Translations under genes and position numbers: made by a program
The notes under the pieces: generated by a model
Database searches by the model: none
What the model was told of the DNA's origin: nothing
The model's input: the letters and a program-made list of their open reading frames with translations, nothing else
Source: an uncultured Candidatus Binatia bacterium
Lineage (GTDB): Bacteria; Desulfobacterota; Binatia; UBA9968; JAJDTQ01
Direction: 5' to 3'
Length of the DNA: 64,000 nt
NCBI GenBank assembly: GCA_964291295.2
Contig: OZ219754.1
Span: 2,656,001 to 2,720,000 of the forward strand
Shown: piece after piece, positions 19,650 through 30,679 of the stretch
Numbering within the stretch: position 1 is the first letter of the stretch
Layout: each line of letters begins with the position of its first letter

Positions 19650-19897
19650 TCGCCAAAGTGTCGAATATTGCGGCCGTTTCGGCGCGCCTGGTCGACAATA
19701 TCGTCGCCGACATCGGCAGCCATGCAGTATTCCCAATAAATTCAAGGTGGTTATATGGTTCGACCATTGCGTCGACCACAGGGCTCGAAAGGCCCTCGGC
19801 CATGTCGACCACCTTCCCGCGCGTTGAAGTTCCATCTCCGGCACTGTAGGACACTACAGGATCGTGCGGCTGCGACAAAATGTTGAGAGGCGGGACA

Positions 19898-20305
19898 ATG
19901 ATTGAAGACGACGCCGGAGCTGGAGCATCCGAAGAGAATCCGGAGCGGACCGTCGCCGGAGAGCGGTCGGACTTGTACTACCACGGAATCATTCGGTGCC
20001 TTTCGTCCCGGAAGGGCACCGGGGTGGTCTGCACCGCCAGCGGCAGGGATGTGACGTTCTCGTATCAGATGGTACGGATGTCGGGTCCGGTGCGCTCACC
20101 CAAGGGGCTGAGGGCGGGTATGCGGGTGGGCTACGACCTGGGTTGGAGCGGCCACGGCCTCCGGGTCACCAGGATAAGAACCTATCCGCCGGAGGGCGAA
20201 GGGCGCCGGGGGCGTCCCGCGCCCCGGCAACGCGAGATGGCTCCGGCCCCGAAGGACAGCGCGAACCGAGGGAACGCGGACGAAGGGAACCACGAGCCGA
20301 AGTGA
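19898..20305 (+). CDS. Cold-shock/OB-fold-like hypothetical protein
   Basis: YHGIIR...KGTGVV...GRDVTF...LRAGMRVGYDL...LRVTRIR follows the CSD beta-strand pattern; SD GAGG upstream. Confidence 0.6.
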   Translation: MIEDDAGAGASEENPERTVAGERSDLYYHGIIRCLSSRKGTGVVCTASGRDVTFSYQMVRMSGPVRSPKGLRAGMRVGYDLGWSGHGLRVTRIRTYPPEGEGRRGRPAPRQREMAPAPKDSANRGNADEGNHEPK

Positions 20306-20309
20306 CGCC

Positions 20310-20333
20310 GCCGGCGCTCCGGGTGGCGCCGGC
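20310..20333. terminator. GC hairpin between convergent genes
   Basis: GCCGGCGC-N8-GCGCCGGC. Confidence 0.45.
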
Positions 20334-20340
20334 TTCTCGC

Positions 20341-21162
20341 CTACAAGGGCAGCAGCGTCAAGGCGAGGATCTGGCTGGACAGAAGCTCCCCCACGAACAC
20401 GCCGAGCAGGGCGATGTAGAACAGTCCCGTCGCCGCCATCGTGTTCCTGAACTCGGCGAGCGTCTTCCAGATCATGTACGACAGCACCAACGGCCCGAGT
20501 TGCGCGACCAGGAAGCGGGAGGCCAGCAGCATGGCATGATGGCCGAAGAGCCGCTCCAGCGTCGCTACGGTCTCGCCGGTGCCGAGCAGGTAGAGCAGGA
20601 GGGTCGCCACCATCTGCAGCCCGGTCTGAATGATGAGCATGACGACGAAGAATCGGAACACGCGAAAGAAGGGGTCGAGACTCTGACTGGTTTCAATGAG
20701 ATACCAGTGACCGATCAGCATGCCGACCGTCACCGCCCCCAGCAGCAGCGACGACACGATGAAGCTCACCGGAAGGAACACCGCCTCCACCGGGCCCGGG
20801 TCCGCCGCCGTGAAGCCGAACGAGGCGACCATCAGCCCGGCCAGACCGGTCAGTATCGCCGTGGAAAAGAAACGTGCCCGCAGGAAACCCCGCTCACCCC
20901 AGAGCGATATGAAGTAAAACACGAGGAAGAGCGTAAAAGTTACCAACAAACAAAGCTCCAGCACCTTCGCGAGGCCTTGCCTTTCGGGCAGGAGATCGAC
21001 GTGGCCCCAGACCGCCAGCACGGCGGCCACCACCAGGACGCCGGCCGTGGACTTGTAGAAGCCGCGTTCCAGGTCGTTGAAGGGCGTGACGGCAAGGCCC
21101 ACGAGTCCACCCACGGACAACTGGTAGAGAAACATCACGAAGGCGGTGGCGTAGGGATTCAC
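20341..21162 (-). CDS. Polytopic membrane protein of unknown function (GHWYL motif)
   Basis: About 8 hydrophobic segments; GTG 21162 overlaps the menG stop (GTGA); motifs MLIGHWYL and MAATGLFYIA. Confidence 0.75.
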   Translation of the reverse strand: MNPYATAFVMFLYQLSVGGLVGLAVTPFNDLERGFYKSTAGVLVVAAVLAVWGHVDLLPERQGLAKVLELCLLVTFTLFLVFYFISLWGERGFLRARFFSTAILTGLAGLMVASFGFTAADPGPVEAVFLPVSFIVSSLLLGAVTVGMLIGHWYLIETSQSLDPFFRVFRFFVVMLIIQTGLQMVATLLLYLLGTGETVATLERLFGHHAMLLASRFLVAQLGPLVLSYMIWKTLAEFRNTMAATGLFYIALLGVFVGELLSSQILALTLLPL

Positions 21163-21908
21163 GGGCTCGGGGCTCTTTCCACCGGTTCGGCGCTCGACCG
21201 GGGTTTGTCGGCCACTTGAAGGCAGATGGCGCCCTGGAGGTATCGCACGGTGCGGGTTTCGACAAAACCCGCGGATGCGATGATGTCCGCCACCGCACCG
21301 GGCGGGACAAAGGATCGGACCGAGTCGGAAAGATACCGGTAAGCCGCGGGATCGCCGCTCACCACGCTGCCGACCCAAGGCATGAGTCTTCCGAAATAGA
21401 GCCAGTAGAGGCGCGAAAAGAGGCCTGGAGGCGGAGGAAACATGTCCAGCGCCACCAGCCGCCCGCCGGGTTTGAGGACACGGTAGGACTCGCGGAAGAA
21501 CGACGGCAGGTCGCCGACATTACGCAGGACAAAGGCGCTCATCACCGCATCGAAGGAGCCGTCGCGCACGGGAGCGGACAGGGCGTGCGCCAGCACCCAG
21601 GCGGCCCGCGCCTCGAACCCCGCCCGGGCCGCCCGCTCCCTTGCATGATTCAACATGGGCTGCGAGAAGTCGAGGCCCACCACCCGCGCACCAGGGGCGA
21701 GCGCCCTGCACGCATCCAGGGCAAGCGCGCCGGTGCCCGTCCCCAGATCCAGCACCCGCGCCGGTCGGCCCGCGATGCCCAGGGCGGCGACGGCCTTGCG
21801 GCGCCACCAGGAGTCGAGGCGGAAGCTGATGATCCGGTTGAGCAGGTCGTAACGCCATGCGATCCTGTCGAAGATGTTCCTGACCAGGGTGTCGTGGGGA
21901 ACGGGCAT
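21159..21908 (-). CDS. menG: Demethylmenaquinone/ubiquinone methyltransferase (UbiE/MenG)
   Basis: FDRIAWRYDLLNRIISF..D..WR, VLDLGTGTG, FVLRNV, AYRYLSDSV. Confidence 0.92.
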   Translation of the reverse strand: MPVPHDTLVRNIFDRIAWRYDLLNRIISFRLDSWWRRKAVAALGIAGRPARVLDLGTGTGALALDACRALAPGARVVGLDFSQPMLNHARERAARAGFEARAAWVLAHALSAPVRDGSFDAVMSAFVLRNVGDLPSFFRESYRVLKPGGRLVALDMFPPPPGLFSRLYWLYFGRLMPWVGSVVSGDPAAYRYLSDSVRSFVPPGAVADIIASAGFVETRTVRYLQGAICLQVADKPRSSAEPVERAPSP

Positions 21909-21939
21909 GAACCGGTCACCGGGCGCCCGCGGGCGCAGT

Positions 21940-22875
21940 TTATCTGTCGCGGTCCGTGAGCAGGCGCCCCAGGGCCTTCAGACCGTTTCGCTCCGCGGAA
22001 TCGGGCAGCCGATCGATATCGCGGGATGCCTTGAGGGCATACTTGCGGGAGAAGCTTCTGGCACGCTCGATGACCGTACCGTTGGTGATGGCGTCCAGCG
22101 CCCGCCGGATATCGTTCTCGGTCGGGGTTTCCGACTGAAAGACCCGGGATACGGTCTGGTGTCCGTCAAGCAGCGACAGGACGATGGGCAGGGAAGGGTT
22201 GCCGTCGCGCAGGTCCATGCCCGTGGACTTGCCGAGGAGATCGCGGGTACCCACCACGTCGAGCACGTCATCCATCATCTGGAAGGCGATACCCAGGTTG
22301 AGTCCTAAGTTCGCCGCCAGCTCCACGTGCCCGGGAGACGCGCCGGCAATGTAGGCGCCGAGCCTGGCCCCGGTCTGGAAGAGCGAGGCGGTCTTGCGCT
22401 CGACGATCCGGAGATAGTCCCGGGCGGTCACGGTACGGTTGCGGTTGAAGGATCCCTGCAGGATCTCGCCCTCGGTCAGGCGGGTGCAGGCATCCGCGGT
22501 CCACTGAACCACGGTCTCGTCAAACCTGCCGGCGAACTCGAAGGCCTTGATGAACAGAAAGTCTCCGGTCACCAGGGTGCGCGTCAGTCCGTAGCGCTTG
22601 TAGGCCGATTCCTTGCCGCGCCTGAATGCCGCACCGTCGATGATGTCGTCGTGAAGCAGGGTCGCCGCGTGAATCAACTCCATGGCCGTGGCGATGTCCA
22701 CTGCGTCCTCTTCCCTCGAGCCGCGAAAGGCGTTGAAGGTCAGGAGCGTCACCACCGGCCGGATGCGCTTGCCGCCGCCCCGGATCAGGTGCGCGGCGAT
22801 ATCGGTTATGGCGGACTCCCGGGAGCGGGTAGAGTCGGCGAGCTTCCGCTCGACCCAGTCCAGTTGGTCGGACAC
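21940..22875 (-). CDS. Polyprenyl diphosphate synthase
   Basis: GGKRIRP, LLHDDIID, RRG, KTA, FQMMDDVLD. The frame stays open to about 22986, so a CTG start near 22974 is possible. Confidence 0.93.
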   Translation of the reverse strand: MSDQLDWVERKLADSTRSRESAITDIAAHLIRGGGKRIRPVVTLLTFNAFRGSREEDAVDIATAMELIHAATLLHDDIIDGAAFRRGKESAYKRYGLTRTLVTGDFLFIKAFEFAGRFDETVVQWTADACTRLTEGEILQGSFNRNRTVTARDYLRIVERKTASLFQTGARLGAYIAGASPGHVELAANLGLNLGIAFQMMDDVLDVVGTRDLLGKSTGMDLRDGNPSLPIVLSLLDGHQTVSRVFQSETPTENDIRRALDAITNGTVIERARSFSRKYALKASRDIDRLPDSAERNGLKALGRLLTDRDR

Positions 22876-23024
22876 AAGGCCGTAAGGATCTACCGGATCG
22901 CAGGAAGAGGTGTACTCCCCGGCAACGTCCTTCGGACAGTCCCGGGGGTTTGTCTCATGCTGTTGCGGTGGCAGAAGTGACTCCGTTCAGGCTGGGTTCT
23001 GGTCGAGATGACTCACGATCGCAT

Positions 23025-23052
23025 AAAAAAGCGGGGCGGTCAAGGTGACCGC
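23025..23052 (-). terminator. Rho-independent terminator after tRNA-Leu
   Basis: Minus strand GCGGTCA-CCT-TGACCGC followed by CCCGC and T6. Confidence 0.65.
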
Positions 23053-23064
23053 TGGCGCGGATGG

Positions 23065-23152
23065 TGGTGCGAAAGGGGGGAATTGAACCCCCACGGGATT
23101 GCTCCCACAGGATCCTGAATCCTGCGCGTCTACCAAATTCCGCCACTTTCGC
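23065..23152 (-). tRNA. tRNA-Leu(CAG)
   Basis: GCGAAAG acceptor stem, TGGTAGACGC D-arm, CAGGA-TTCAGGA-TCCTG anticodon arm, long variable arm, GGTTCAATTCC T-loop, encoded CCA. Confidence 0.97.
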
Positions 23153-23170
23153 ACGGCGAGGAAAGGTTCT

Positions 23171-23199
23171 ATATGTAGCAGTGGCTGCGGCATTGTCAA
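23171..23199 (-). promoter_or_regulatory. sigma70 promoter of tRNA-Leu
   Basis: TTGACA, 16-17 nt spacer, TG-C-TACATAT on the minus strand. Confidence 0.6.
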
Positions 23200-23304
23200 G
23201 CGCGCCGCACCAAAACGCGGCACAAGACCGGGCGGCACCGGAAAAGTCGGGATCCGGAGAGTGTCGAGACCCGATGTCGTCTGCTACCATGAAACGTCGG
23301 TGAA

Positions 23305-23799
23305 ATGGCCAGCATCCTCATCATCGAAAGCCATCCCATCCTGCGCGAGGCATTGCGGCGGTTCCTGTTCCCGGAGCACCAGACCGTGGTGCGGGAGCGT
23401 TGGTCCGGCTCGTCGAATCCCGAGGGTTGCGACCTCGTGATCGTCGATCACGAGACCCTGCGGAACCAGGGCGACGCGGACGAGTTGCACCGGACGCTTC
23501 AGCGTCTGGGGATCCCCGGCGTCTGGCTTCACCAGGGGGCGCCGCCATCGCTCAAGCCCGGCGGGCTTGCGGCAACCGTGGCCAAGCCCCTGGAGGGCGC
23601 CGCCCTGGAGGCGGCCATGCAGTCCCTGCTGGAGGGGCGCCGACCGCGGACGCCCGCAGCATCGAGACCGGCACCGGACACCCCGCCGCCGGAGCAGGGG
23701 CGTCCGGGCGGCGGGACCATCGAACTCGCCGAGGTCGTCGACGAGGTGGATTCCCGGGAATCGGACGAGGCAACCCGGGAAAGGTCTGCAAAACCCTGA
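23305..23799 (+). CDS. Atypical receiver-domain protein with Pro-rich linker and acidic tail
   Basis: ILIIES, CDLVIVD, VAKPL REC pattern; tail IELAEVVDEVD. Confidence 0.7.
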   Translation: MASILIIESHPILREALRRFLFPEHQTVVRERWSGSSNPEGCDLVIVDHETLRNQGDADELHRTLQRLGIPGVWLHQGAPPSLKPGGLAATVAKPLEGAALEAAMQSLLEGRRPRTPAASRPAPDTPPPEQGRPGGGTIELAEVVDEVDSRESDEATRERSAKP

Positions 23800-23822
23800 G
23801 TTCGCCGAGACTGAATCAATGA

Positions 23823-23835
23823 AATCAACAGGTTG
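23823..23835 (+). promoter_or_regulatory. IHF-consensus site upstream of valS
   Basis: AATCAACAGGTTG matches WATCAANNNNTTR in an AT-rich patch. Confidence 0.4.
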
Positions 23836-23946
23836 CGAGCAGTTGACTATCGCGCCAGCGCCCTGACCGGACTTTCCCCGGGGACACCCGCAACCGCGTG
23901 CGGGCCACACCGGGCGCGCGGCCACACCGCATTCATTGGGAGTTCC

Positions 23947-26687
<2,741 letters not shown>

Positions 26688-26694
<7 letters not shown>

Positions 26695-27485
26695 CGGCGG
26701 CGCGGATTCGCCAGGGCCTCGGGACGAAGCGTCTGGGCCGCCGCATCGACGTCCATCCCGAGTTGGCGTCCACCAACCGCACCGCCCGTGCACTGGCGGA
26801 AGCGGGCGAGCCCGAAGGTGCCATCGTCATCGCCGAGGCCCAGACCCGGGGACAGGGCAGGATGGGGCGGCAGTGGCTTTCCCCCGCGCATCTCAACCTT
26901 TGCATCTCCTTTGTCCTGCGGCCCCGGCTCGACCCCGCGGAGTCGGCGAAGACGACGCTGCTGGCGGCGGTGGCGGTAGCGGACACCCTGACGCCGCTCG
27001 TGCCTTGCGCTCCCCGGATCAAATGGCCCAACGACGTGCTGCTGGGCGGCAGAAAGGTGGCCGGTATCCTGAGCGAGCTGGTCTGCGAACCCGGACGGAC
27101 TTCGTTCGTGATCGTCGGTATCGGCATCAACCTCAACTTCCCCAGAAATCTCATGCCCCCGGCCATCCGCGAGCGTGCCACCTCCGTGATGGAAGAGACC
27201 GGAAAGCCCGTGGACCGGGCCGCCGTCGCCCGCTCTCTGGTGCGTAACCTGGACAACCGCTATATCGAGTTCGAGGAGCGCGGTTTCGCACCCATCGCGC
27301 GAAGCTGGAATGGGTACGCGCGCATGGACGGGCAGTGGGTGCGTGCCCGTACTTCGGAGCAAGAGCGGGTGGGGCGGGTGCGGGAACTCGACGGGAACGG
27401 TTTCCTGGTACTGGAGTGGGGCGACGGCGGTACCGAGCGGGTGGTGAGCGGGGATGTTTTCCTGATGGAAGAAGGAACGCCGTAG
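26688..27485 (+). CDS. birA: Biotin--[acetyl-CoA carboxylase] ligase, no N-terminal HTH
   Basis: ASTN, QTRGQGRMGRQW, KWPND, KVAGIL, GIGIN. Confidence 0.95.
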
Positions 27486-28276
27486 TGTTGCTGGCCATCG
27501 ACATCGGAAACAGCAACATGGTGCTGGGTGTCTACCGTGGCCGGGATCTGGTGACCCACTGGCGTCTGGTGACCCAGCCGGAACGCACGGTGGACGAGTA
27601 CGGGGCGCTCATCGGCAACCTCGCCGCCACCCAGAACATTGGCCGTGACGCCATCGACGCCATCATTGTCTCCTGCGTGGTGCCGCCCATGGTGGGCATG
27701 ATCGACGAGCTGGGGCGGAAGCTCTTCGGCGTCAGGCCGTCACTCGTGGGGCCGGGCCTCAAGACCGGCATGCCGATCCTCTACGACAGCCCGCAGGACG
27801 TAGGTGCCGACCGTATCGCCAACGGCGTGGCCGCCTACGACCGCTTTCACGCCGCCTGCGTGGTCATCGACTTCGGCACCGCCACGACCTTTGACTGCGT
27901 ATCCGGGAACGGAGAATACTTGGGGGGGCTCATCGCGCCCGGTCTCGTCATCGCCCTGGAGGCGCTGTATCAACGGGCCTCCAAGCTTCCCCGGGTGGAG
28001 GTGTTGTGCCCGGCCAGCGTCATTGGCAAGTCGACGGTGCATTCGATCCAGTCCGGCATCTACTACGGCTACGTGGGGCTGGTGGACGGCATCGTGCAAC
28101 GCATTGAGCGGGAGAACCGCATCAAGGCAAGGGTGGTGGCCACCGGCGGCGTGGCATCGCTCATCGCCCACGAATCGGCGGTCATCGAGGATGTGGACGA
28201 ATTCTTGACGTTGGAAGGGTTACGACTTATCTACGAAAAGAACGCGGCACCGCCGGCCCGCAGGCGAAGGTCCTGA
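27485..28276 (+). CDS. coaX: Type III pantothenate kinase
   Basis: LLAIDIGNSN, VGADR, IDFGTATT, ATGG; GTG start overlaps the birA stop. Confidence 0.96.
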   Translation: MLLAIDIGNSNMVLGVYRGRDLVTHWRLVTQPERTVDEYGALIGNLAATQNIGRDAIDAIIVSCVVPPMVGMIDELGRKLFGVRPSLVGPGLKTGMPILYDSPQDVGADRIANGVAAYDRFHAACVVIDFGTATTFDCVSGNGEYLGGLIAPGLVIALEALYQRASKLPRVEVLCPASVIGKSTVHSIQSGIYYGYVGLVDGIVQRIERENRIKARVVATGGVASLIAHESAVIEDVDEFLTLEGLRLIYEKNAAPPARRRRS

Positions 28277-28332
28277 CGGAAAGGCGCGCCCGCGCCGCGG
28301 TACCTTCGGAAAGGGTCAAGGGAGGTTGATTC

Positions 28333-30402
28333 ATGGCTGCAATCGAAGCGAGCCGGTTACGGAACGTAGGGTTGCTGGGGCATCGCGGCGCGGGCAAGAC
28401 GTCGCTGGGCGAGGCCATGCTGTTCGCGGCAGGCCGCACGAACCGGCTGGGCCGGGTGGAAGACGGCACCTCGGTATTCGACCATGAGCCCGAGGAGATC
28501 AACCGGCAGGTTTCCATCTCCACCGCCTTTCACTCCCTGGAATGGAACAAGACCACGTGCATGCTGGTGGATACCCCGGGCTTCGCCACCTTCCTGCCGG
28601 AGACGGTCCACTCACTGGCGGCGTTCGGCGGGGCGGTGTTCGTGCTGCATGCCGGTGCCGGCCTGAGGGTGGAGACGGAGCGTCTTTGGGGCTACGCCGC
28701 GGAGCGCCGGATGCCGCGCATTTTCTTCGTCAACCGCATGGACCGGGAGGAGAACGATCCGGTGGCGGCGACGGATTCCATCGCGGAAGAGTTGGGCGTC
28801 AAGGCGATACACGCGCAGCTTCCCATGGGACACGGCGAGAGCTTCCGCGGCGTGATCGACCTGATCCGCATGAAGGCAGTGTGCCCGGACGGAAACGGCG
28901 GGGAGACGGAAGAGGAGATCCCCGCGGAGTTCCGGGAGCGGGCCGCCGAGATGAGAATCAATCTCATGGAGAACGTGGCCGAGACCCGGGACGACCTGCT
29001 GGAGAAGTATCTCGAAGGCCAGGAACTCACCTCCGAGGAACTGTCGGAAGGTCTCCGTGACGGCGTCCGCTCGAGTGTGCTGTTTCCGGTCCTCTACGGA
29101 TCGGCGGTGCGCGGGGCGGGCGTTGCCACGCTGCTGGACGCCATCGTGGAATGGCTCCCCTCGCCCCTTGAGGAGCCGGCGGCCGAGGGGAAGCACCCCG
29201 TCACCGGGGAGACCGAGTCCCGCTCCAGGAGCGCGGACGGTCCGTTCTCCGCGTTCGTGTTCAAGACCGTCGTCGATCCCTTTGCCGGGCGGCTGTCCAT
29301 CATGAGGGTGCTGTCGGGTTCGGTGCGCGCCGACAGCACGGTCTGCATTGCCGGCAAGGACGCCCGGGAGAAGATCGCCCACCTGTTCCGGCCCCAGGGG
29401 GCCCGGCAGGAGGAGGTGCCGGAGGCGGGTGTCGGTGAGGTCGTCGCCGTGGCGAAGCTGAAGGACGTGGCTTCCGGCGATACGCTGTGCGCGGAGTCGG
29501 CGCCCATCGAATACCCCAGGCCGATGGAATTCAGTCCGTCCATCTCCTTCGCGCTTGCGCCCAGGACCCGCGCGGACGAGGACAAGGTGCCGCAGGGTCT
29601 CCAGCGCATGATGGAAGAGGACCCGTCCATCAGGATGCACCGGGACGAGCAGACCCGGGAGTTCATCCTGTCGGGTACGGGACAGCTTCACATCGAGGTG
29701 GTGGTGGACAGGCTCAAGCGGAAGTACGGTGCCGAGGTTGAACTCAAGGCCCCCAAGGTTCCCTACCGCGAGACCATCAAGGCGGCCTCCAGCGCCCAGG
29801 GAAAGTACAAGAAACAGTCCGGAGGTCGGGGCCAGTACGGCGACACCTGGCTGAAGCTCGAGCCCCTGGAGCGGGGAAAGGGCTTCGAGTTCGTGGACAA
29901 GATCGTCGGCGGCGCCATCCCGCGAAACTACATCCCCGCGGTGGAGAAGGGCATCGTCGAGACCATGGCCGGCGGCTACCTGGCCGGCTATCCCATCATG
30001 GACGTGCGCGCGATCCTCTACGACGGCTCGTTCCACGCCGTGGACTCGTCGGACATGGCCTTCAAGATCGCCGCATCCATGGGCTTCAAGAACGCCATGG
30101 AAAAGGCCAGACCGGTGATCCTCGAACCGGTGGTATCCATGGAGGTGTCGGTGCCCGACGACTGCATGGGAGACGTCATCGGCGATCTCAACAGCCGGCG
30201 CGGCAAGGTGCTGGGCGTGGACGCCAAGGGCAGCATCCAGATCATCAAGGCCCAGGTGCCCATGGCGGAGGTACTGCGGTACGCCTCGGACCTGCGCTCC
30301 ATGACCAGCGGCCGGGGAGAGTTCCAGTCGGAGTTCTCGCACTACGAGGAGTTGCCGCCGCATCTGATGGAGAAGGTGCAGGCCGAGGCGGCCGCAGGCT
30401 AG
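28333..30402 (+). CDS. fusA: Elongation factor G-like protein (EF-G II), outside the str operon
   Basis: GHRGAGKT, DTPGF, NRMD, KKQSGGRGQYG, HAVDSS. Confidence 0.93.
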   Translation: MAAIEASRLRNVGLLGHRGAGKTSLGEAMLFAAGRTNRLGRVEDGTSVFDHEPEEINRQVSISTAFHSLEWNKTTCMLVDTPGFATFLPETVHSLAAFGGAVFVLHAGAGLRVETERLWGYAAERRMPRIFFVNRMDREENDPVAATDSIAEELGVKAIHAQLPMGHGESFRGVIDLIRMKAVCPDGNGGETEEEIPAEFRERAAEMRINLMENVAETRDDLLEKYLEGQELTSEELSEGLRDGVRSSVLFPVLYGSAVRGAGVATLLDAIVEWLPSPLEEPAAEGKHPVTGETESRSRSADGPFSAFVFKTVVDPFAGRLSIMRVLSGSVRADSTVCIAGKDAREKIAHLFRPQGARQEEVPEAGVGEVVAVAKLKDVASGDTLCAESAPIEYPRPMEFSPSISFALAPRTRADEDKVPQGLQRMMEEDPSIRMHRDEQTREFILSGTGQLHIEVVVDRLKRKYGAEVELKAPKVPYRETIKAASSAQGKYKKQSGGRGQYGDTWLKLEPLERGKGFEFVDKIVGGAIPRNYIPAVEKGIVETMAGGYLAGYPIMDVRAILYDGSFHAVDSSDMAFKIAASMGFKNAMEKARPVILEPVVSMEVSVPDDCMGDVIGDLNSRRGKVLGVDAKGSIQIIKAQVPMAEVLRYASDLRSMTSGRGEFQSEFSHYEELPPHLMEKVQAEAAAG

Positions 30403-30439
30403 CGCCGCGGCCGGCGCACAAGACCAGGGTCCATCCGTC

Positions 30440-30655
30440 ATGGAGAAGAGCTTCGAGCAGTTGTCGGCGTCGTTGCTCTACTGCGGCAAGTGCGGCAGGG
30501 CCATGCCGGTCCGCGAACGGTTGCTGCTCGTCCTGCCCGACGGCGACCTCTACGATTACAGTTGCCAGCGGTGCGGCAGCTCGGTGGGTTCCCGCACCGT
30601 AAAATCGAAGCCGGAGTCGCCGGAGGGGTTTCCGGTCATCGTGCGCGGGCTCTGA
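30440..30655 (+). CDS. Small zinc-ribbon protein
   Basis: CGKC...CQRC in 71 aa; fills the gap after EF-G. Confidence 0.7.
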   Translation: MEKSFEQLSASLLYCGKCGRAMPVRERLLLVLPDGDLYDYSCQRCGSSVGSRTVKSKPESPEGFPVIVRGL

Positions 30656-30679
30656 GGTCCGCACACTTCCGTAACCGGG

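Noticed and set aside
19589-19849. 86-aa ORF in the sigma54 spacer
   Set aside because: Overlaps the promoter and dyad elements on the opposite strand and has no motif; probably spurious, though not excluded
23065-23152. tRNA as an integration site for a genomic island
   Set aside because: No integrase or duplicated tRNA 3' end seen; the flanking genes are housekeeping
23800-23946. Possible T-box leader before valS
   Set aside because: Too short, no T-box consensus or terminator; only a short GGCCACACCG repeat
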